A DNA stretch of 64,000 bases from an uncultured Gemmatimonadales bacterium (lineage in GTDB: Bacteria > Gemmatimonadota > Gemmatimonadetes > Gemmatimonadales > GWC2-71-9): the NCBI GenBank assembly GCA_963795085.1, contig CAWCFX010000001.1, positions 992,001-1,056,000 on the forward strand, read 5' to 3'. Below the pieces are notes generated by a model that had not been told where the DNA came from, did no database searches, and saw nothing but the letters and a program-made list of their open reading frames with translations. Shown piece by piece: positions 58,711 to 64,000 of the stretch; within the stretch, counting starts at the first letter, position 1, and every line of letters starts with the position of its first letter. A program made the position numbers and the translations under genes.

Positions 58711-58805
58711 CCCGCCGTGACCCGTGGCCGGTGACCGGGAACCGAGTGCCTCACCTGCCGTTTGTCACCGGGGACTCCCCGCGGCCCACCCCGTACTGAC
58801 CGATC

Positions 58806-60008
58806 ATGCAATTTCCCTCCACGCTCGCCGTCCCGCCGGAAGTCCTGGACATCGCCACTCAGCTCGAGGAGGCGGGCCACCAGGCATGGTGTGTCGGCGG
58901 TGCCCTCCGGGATGCGCTCCTGGGCCTGAGCCAGTCCGACTTCGATATCGCCACCTCCGCGACCCCGGAGGAAGTGCAGGCGCTGTTTCGCCGCACGGTC
59001 CCCGTGGGCATCAAGTTCGGGACGGTGGGCGTGCTGGACGGGCGGCGCCGGCTGCACGAGGTGACCACCTTCCGGCGCGACGTCTCCACCGATGGCCGCC
59101 GGGCGGTGGTCGCTTATGGCGCATCCCTGGAGGAGGACCTGGCCCGGCGGGACTTCACCATCAACGCGATCGCCTATCACCCGCTGCGCCACGAATGGCG
59201 GGACCCGTTCACCGGCGCCATTGACCTGGCCCGGCGCCGGCTCCGGGCGGTGGGCGACGCCGGCGAGCGGTTCCGCGAGGACTATCTTCGCATCCTGCGC
59301 TGTGCCCGGTTTGCCGCCCGGCTGGGCTTTACCGTGGAGCAGGACACCTGGGAGGCGGCGGTCGCCGCCTCGGATGGGCTGCCGTCCCTATCCGCCGAGC
59401 GGGTGCGCGACGAATGGTATAAGAGCCTGGAGACCGCGAAGGACCTGGAGCGGATGGCGGGGCTCTGGAGCCGGATCGGCGCCGCCGCGCATTGGTTTCC
59501 TGAACTGCGGGGGCCGGATGAGCGGCAGGATATCGATGTGCTGCAGGGCCTTCGCGACCGGGAATTTCCCCGTGACCCGGTGCTGCTGACGGCCTTACTC
59601 TGCCGCCAGCCGGCGGCGGTGCTCACCCGGCTCAAGGCAAGCCGGGCCGAGATTTCCCGGGCCGAGGCGCTGGAGCGCGCACCGGCCGCGCCGGTGAGTA
59701 ATGAGCACGCCGACGTGCGCCGCTGGCTGGCGCAGGTGGGCGACGCGGCACGTGACCTCACCGAGCTCTGGCGCCTCCGGCGCGGGAGCTGGCCCACCTG
59801 GCGGGCCGTGATCGAGGTGGTTCGCGGCCGCGGCGACGCGACCGCGTTGCGGGACCTGGCGGTTACCGGGGAAGACCTGATCGCGGCCGGCTGCGTTCCG
59901 GGCCCCGAACTCGGGAAAACTCTCGCGCGGCTGCTGGAGCGGGTCCTCGAGGACCCCCGACTCAACTCCCGGGAAACCCTGCTGGCCCTGGCCAAGGACC
60001 ATTCCTGA
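58806..60008 (+). CDS. cca: tRNA nucleotidyltransferase (CCA-adding, class II)
   Basis: VGGALRD, DFDIAT, EVTTFR, EDLARRDFTINA, EDYLRILR. Confidence 0.9.
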   Translation: MQFPSTLAVPPEVLDIATQLEEAGHQAWCVGGALRDALLGLSQSDFDIATSATPEEVQALFRRTVPVGIKFGTVGVLDGRRRLHEVTTFRRDVSTDGRRAVVAYGASLEEDLARRDFTINAIAYHPLRHEWRDPFTGAIDLARRRLRAVGDAGERFREDYLRILRCARFAARLGFTVEQDTWEAAVAASDGLPSLSAERVRDEWYKSLETAKDLERMAGLWSRIGAAAHWFPELRGPDERQDIDVLQGLRDREFPRDPVLLTALLCRQPAAVLTRLKASRAEISRAEALERAPAAPVSNEHADVRRWLAQVGDAARDLTELWRLRRGSWPTWRAVIEVVRGRGDATALRDLAVTGEDLIAAGCVPGPELGKTLARLLERVLEDPRLNSRETLLALAKDHS

Positions 60009-60721
60009 GCCCCCTCCTGCTGGCCCTCGTGGCGGCATCCGCCAACCTCCTGGGCGCCTGGGCGGTCGTTCGGCGGGAACGGCGCAGCCTGGCGCTGATT
60101 GAAGCCTTCATCGCCTTCGGCGCCGGCTTCATGCTGGCCGTGGTCCTGATCGACATGCTGCCGGAGGTTTTCGCGGCCGACCCCGGCGCCGCCCTGTACG
60201 TCCTGCTCGGCTATTTCGCGGTGCACCTCGCCCAGCACGTCCTGATTCCCCATTTCCATTTCGGCGAAGAGACCCACCGGGTGTCTTCCTCGGCCGGCAT
60301 GTCGGCGCTGATCGGACTCCTGCTGCACACCTTCTTCGACGGCGTCGCCATTGCCAGCGGGTTCCTGGTCTCGCCTTCGTTGGGGATCCTGCTGTTCGTG
60401 GCGGTGTTCCTGCACAAGCTGCCGGAGGGCGTGACCATGGCGAGCCTGATGCTGGCGGGGGGGCAGAGCAAGTCCCGCGCGCTGGCGGCCGCCTCCACCC
60501 TGGGTCTCGCCACCGTGGCGGGGGTGTTGCTGACCGAGTATACCGCGCCCCTGGCCACCCACGGGCTCGCCATCGCCGCGGGAGTGACGCTCTACGTGGC
60601 GGCCTCCAACCTGGTCCCCGAGTTCCAGGCCAAGCGCACCTGGTGGATGCCGATCGCGTTCTTCGGGGGCGGCGCGGTGTTTTTCATTACCAAGGTGCTG
60701 GTGGAGCGGTGGGTGGGGTGA
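60005..60721 (+). CDS. ZIP-family metal transporter (start CTG 60005 inferred; first GTG at 60029)
   Basis: FGAGFML, HFHFGEE, LHTFFDG, HKLPEG, LYVAASNLVPE. Confidence 0.88.
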   Translation: MSPLLLALVAASANLLGAWAVVRRERRSLALIEAFIAFGAGFMLAVVLIDMLPEVFAADPGAALYVLLGYFAVHLAQHVLIPHFHFGEETHRVSSSAGMSALIGLLLHTFFDGVAIASGFLVSPSLGILLFVAVFLHKLPEGVTMASLMLAGGQSKSRALAAASTLGLATVAGVLLTEYTAPLATHGLAIAAGVTLYVAASNLVPEFQAKRTWWMPIAFFGGGAVFFITKVLVERWVG

Positions 60722-60782
60722 GGAAAAAGGGGGCCAGGGGCCAGTCGGCCGGGGGGCAGGCCGGCAGGATTAGATTTCCCGG

Positions 60783-62096
60783 ATGGCGAAGTCCTCTCCT
60801 TCCCTGTTCGCGCCTCCGGAGCCGCTGGCGGCCCGGCTTCGGCCCGGCACGCTCGACGATTTTGTGGGGCAGGAGGCCATCCTCGCCCCCGGGAAGCCGC
60901 TGGGCGATGCCATCCGCCGGGGAGACGTGGGCAGCGCCATCTTCTGGGGTCCCCCCGGGTCGGGCAAGACCACCCTCGCCCGCCTGATCGCCCACTATAC
61001 CGAGCGGGAGTTCGTCGGGTTCAGCGCGGTGACCGAGGGATTGCCCCGGGTGCGGGAGATCCTGAAAGAGGCCGAGGCCCGGCGCGACGGGCTGGGCCGG
61101 GGAACCATCCTGTTCTGCGACGAGATACATCGGTTCAACCGGGCCCAGCAGGACGCCTTCCTGCCGAGCGTCGAAAGCGGCGTGATCACGCTGATCGGCG
61201 CGACCACCGAAAACCCCAGCTTCGAACTGAACGCCGCGCTGCTGAGCCGGTGCCGGGTTTACGTGCTGCAGCCCCTCGGCACGGCGGACCTGCTGCTGGT
61301 GCTGGAGCGGGCGCTGGCCGACCCCGATCGCGGGCTGGGACCGCTCAGGCTCGCGGCGAGCCGCGAGGCGCTCGAGTTCCTGGCGGTCCAGGCCGACGGC
61401 GATGCCCGGCGGGCGCTGACCGTCCTGGAGGCCGCCGGGCTCCAGGCCGGCCCCGGCGGCGAACTGACGCGCGACCTTTTCGCCGATGTGCTGGCCCGCC
61501 GCCTTCCGGCCTACGACAAGAGCGGGGAGGGCCATTACAACCTGGTCTCGGCGCTGCACAAGGCGATCCGGGGCAGCGACCCGCAAGGGGCGCTCTACTG
61601 GCTGGCCCGGATGATCGAAGGGGGCGAAGACCCGTTGTTCCTGGCCCGCCGGCTGGTCCGCATGGCCGCGGAGGATATCGGGCTGGCCGACCCCCAGGCG
61701 CTCCAACTGGCCCTCGCCGCGAAAGACGCCTACCACTTCCTGGGATCGCCCGAGGGAGAACTGGGGCTGGCCCAGGCGGCGGTGTATTTGGCCACAGCGC
61801 CCAAGTCCAACACCGTGTATCGTGCATGGGGCGAGGCGTTGGAGGCGGCCCGGGAGACCCCGGCCGCCCCGGTGCCCCTGCATATCAGGAATGCCCCGAC
61901 CGGGCTGATGAAGGACCTGGGGTACGGCACCGGTTACCGGTATGCCCATGACTACGAGGGGGCCTACGTTCCCCAGGTCTACCTGCCGGACGAAATGGCC
62001 GGCCGGACCTTCTACCGTCCCGGCGGGCTGGGTTTCGAGAAAAAGATCCGGGAGCGGCTGGAGTTCTGGGCCAAACAGGTGAGAGGTGAGAAGTGA
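60783..62096 (+). CDS. rarA: Replication-associated recombination protein RarA (MgsA)
   Basis: [47 protein letters not shown]. Confidence 0.96.
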   Translation: MAKSSPSLFAPPEPLAARLRPGTLDDFVGQEAILAPGKPLGDAIRRGDVGSAIFWGPPGSGKTTLARLIAHYTEREFVGFSAVTEGLPRVREILKEAEARRDGLGRGTILFCDEIHRFNRAQQDAFLPSVESGVITLIGATTENPSFELNAALLSRCRVYVLQPLGTADLLLVLERALADPDRGLGPLRLAASREALEFLAVQADGDARRALTVLEAAGLQAGPGGELTRDLFADVLARRLPAYDKSGEGHYNLVSALHKAIRGSDPQGALYWLARMIEGGEDPLFLARRLVRMAAEDIGLADPQALQLALAAKDAYHFLGSPEGELGLAQAAVYLATAPKSNTVYRAWGEALEAARETPAAPVPLHIRNAPTGLMKDLGYGTGYRYAHDYEGAYVPQVYLPDEMAGRTFYRPGGLGFEKKIRERLEFWAKQVRGEK

Positions 62097-62125
62097 GAGG
62101 TGTTTTCCTCGAACATGGAGTGAAG

Positions 62126-62614
62126 GTGAGAATTCCATTCATCGGTTTCCTGGTGGTCGCCGGCGTGACCGGGTGCGCGGCGCTGGGCATGACAAAATTC
62201 CAGGAGCCTTCGATTGACCTGGACTCGATCGTGGTGCGGAGCGTCGGGCTGACGGGGGGAACCCTGGACCTGATGCTGGAGGTCAACAATCCCAACAGTT
62301 TCGATCTCAAGGGCACCCACCTGGAGCTGGGGCTGGATGTTGAGGGCGTCCACTTCGGGGACGTGGAGCTGAACGACGCATTCAACCTGCCCCGGGGCGC
62401 GCCCACCCGGGTGGTGGTACCGCTGTCGTTCAACTGGATCGGGGTAGGCGCCGCGGCGCGTTCCGCGCTGAACTTCGGCACGGTCAAGTACGAGATCGAG
62501 GGCATTGCCAGCCTCCAGACTCCGTTCGGGCTGGAGAAGCTTCCATTCAAGCGAAACGGGTCGGTGGCGTTGAATCAGTTGCAGCCGGCCCGCGGCAGCA
62601 GCCCCAACCGATAG
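62126..62614 (+). CDS. LEA type 2 / WHy-domain lipoprotein (start approximate)
   Basis: Lipobox VTGC; LEVNNPNSFDL. Confidence 0.8.
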   Translation: MRIPFIGFLVVAGVTGCAALGMTKFQEPSIDLDSIVVRSVGLTGGTLDLMLEVNNPNSFDLKGTHLELGLDVEGVHFGDVELNDAFNLPRGAPTRVVVPLSFNWIGVGAAARSALNFGTVKYEIEGIASLQTPFGLEKLPFKRNGSVALNQLQPARGSSPNR

Positions 62615-62626
62615 CGCGAGGTCATC

Positions 62627-63919
62627 ATCCGGAATCTCATCACGATCCAGCCGCCGGTCGAACGGGCCATCCTGGTCGCCGCCCCCCGCAAGGGCTCCGC
62701 TGACGTGGCCCACCTGGAGGAGCATCTCGAGGAACTGGGCCGCCTGGTGGACACGGCGGGCGCGGAGGTCGTCGGGAGGCTGTCGCAGCAGGTGGCCTCA
62801 CCCAGTCCCGCCACCCTGATCGGCGAGGGCAAAGTCGCCGAGCTGCAGGAGCAGGTGGCCGCCTCCGGGGCGACGATGGCGATCTTCGACGAGGAGCTGT
62901 CGCCGGTGCAGGGCGCCAACCTGGAGCGGGAGCTCAAGGTGCGGGTGATGGACCGGGCCGAAGTCATCCTGGACATTTTCAGCACCCGGGCCCGGTCCCA
63001 CGAGGCCAAGCTCCAGGTGGAACTGGCGCAGCTGGAGTACATGCTGCCGCGGCTGACCCGGATGTGGACTCACCTTTCGCGGATCCGCGGCGGCATCGGT
63101 CTCCGGGGCCCCGGCGAAACCCAGCTGGAAACCGACCGGCGGATGATCCGCCGGAAGATTTCCCTGCTACGCTCCAAGCTTCGCGACGTGGAGCGGCACC
63201 GGGATACCATCCGCTCCGGCCGCCAGCCGCTGCTCTCTGTGGCGCTGGTGGGCTACACCAATGCCGGCAAGTCCAGCGTCCTGCGGGGGCTCTCTCCATC
63301 CTCGGAGGTGCTGGTCGAGGACCGGCTCTTCGCCACCCTGGATACGCTGACCCGGGAAGTGGACCTGGGCGACGGGATCCGGGTGCGGGTGACCGATACC
63401 GTGGGATTCATCCGCAAGCTGCCCCACCACCTGGTGGCGAGCTTCCGGGCGACGCTGGAAGAGGTCCGGGAGGGCGACGTGCTCCTCCACGTGGTGGATG
63501 TGAGTCATCCCCAGTGGGAGGAGCAGATGGAGGTGGTGACCGAAGTGCTGGCGGAGCTGGGCGTGGGCGAGCGGCCCATCGTGCCGGTCTTCAACAAGAT
63601 GGACGTGGTCGAAGATCCCGAATCGGTGGCCGCGCGGGTCCGCGATCTCTATCCCGGTGCCATCATCGCCAGCGCCATCCGCCCCGACGGGCTCGATGAA
63701 CTCAAGTCCCGGCTGCGCGAAATGTCGCGGCGGGAGCGTCCCGCGGTGTCGGTCCGGATTCCGATCAGCGACGGGGCTCGCCTGGCCGAAATCTACCGGC
63801 TGGGCGAGGTGGTCTCGCGGGTGCAGGTCAACGGGATGTTCGAGCTGAAGGCCCGGCTGGACCCGGCGGAGGCCAGCCGGCTGCGGGGCCTGGGCGTTGA
63901 GGTGAAAGGGGAGAGGTGA
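62627..63919 (+). CDS. hflX: GTPase HflX (start probably non-canonical ATC; first GTG at 62705)
   Basis: ERAILV, ILDIF..RA, GPGETQLETDRR, GYTNAGKS, LFATLD, DTVGFI, NKMD. Confidence 0.95.
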   Translation: MRNLITIQPPVERAILVAAPRKGSADVAHLEEHLEELGRLVDTAGAEVVGRLSQQVASPSPATLIGEGKVAELQEQVAASGATMAIFDEELSPVQGANLERELKVRVMDRAEVILDIFSTRARSHEAKLQVELAQLEYMLPRLTRMWTHLSRIRGGIGLRGPGETQLETDRRMIRRKISLLRSKLRDVERHRDTIRSGRQPLLSVALVGYTNAGKSSVLRGLSPSSEVLVEDRLFATLDTLTREVDLGDGIRVRVTDTVGFIRKLPHHLVASFRATLEEVREGDVLLHVVDVSHPQWEEQMEVVTEVLAELGVGERPIVPVFNKMDVVEDPESVAARVRDLYPGAIIASAIRPDGLDELKSRLREMSRRERPAVSVRIPISDGARLAEIYRLGEVVSRVQVNGMFELKARLDPAEASRLRGLGVEVKGER

Positions 63920-63958
63920 GAGCCTGAGGGATTCTCACCTCTCACTTCCTCACTTCTC
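63902..63958. repeat. Inverted heptamer repeats (GTGAGAR) between convergent stop codons
   Basis: GAGAGGTGAGA 63911-63921 pairs with TCTCACCTCTC 63933-63943. Confidence 0.7.
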
Positions 63959-64000
63959 GTGCTCGCTCAGCATCTGCTCCAGGATCAGCCACCGGTCCAT
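63950..64000 (-). CDS. C-terminal end of a convergent gene (truncated by window edge)
   Basis: ...MDRWLILEQMLSEHEK*; too short to identify (RW..LE recalls ABC-F C-termini). Confidence 0.45.
   Translation of the reverse strand: MDRWLILEQMLSEHEK

Overview
High-GC bacterial chromosomal window; gene content and order suggest Gemmatimonadota (inference, not a database result). It is mostly core genome: the end of a flagellar basal-body operon (flgG-flgA-flgH-flgI-flgJ-like-flgN-like-flgK); a convergent sigma28-type motA-motB-degenerate HD-GYP unit; phoX; EVE-uvrB-tsaE-tsaB-rimI-ssb; a LysM protein; epimerase-tol-pal-cpoB; hutH; TPR proteins; tatA; ppiD; aroQ-pepQ-efp-accB-pilT-accC-comB-ftsK; yraN; recA-recX; alaS...gmhA-SDR; cca-ZIP; rarA; hflX. 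I found no rRNA, tRNA, CRISPR array, transposase or integrase. The most unusual observations are: (1) one 1182-aa ORF fusing a complete TatC to an LptD-type outer-membrane barrel through an internal signal-peptide-like segment, a possible polyprotein; (2) an accessory module at 8.6-14.3 kb with a transmembrane Ser/Thr kinase followed by two tandem paralogous Cys-rich lipoproteins that have an internal two-fold repeat, the second copy broken by many frameshifts; (3) a direct repeat (TACCGAA-N4-TRCCGWA) shared by the recA and uvrB promoters, a candidate SOS box; (4) several apparently leaderless genes and two probable non-canonical starts (ATC for hflX, CTG for a ZIP transporter); (5) short-period (7-9 bp) tandem repeats that begin at stop codons and often have inverted partner arms.
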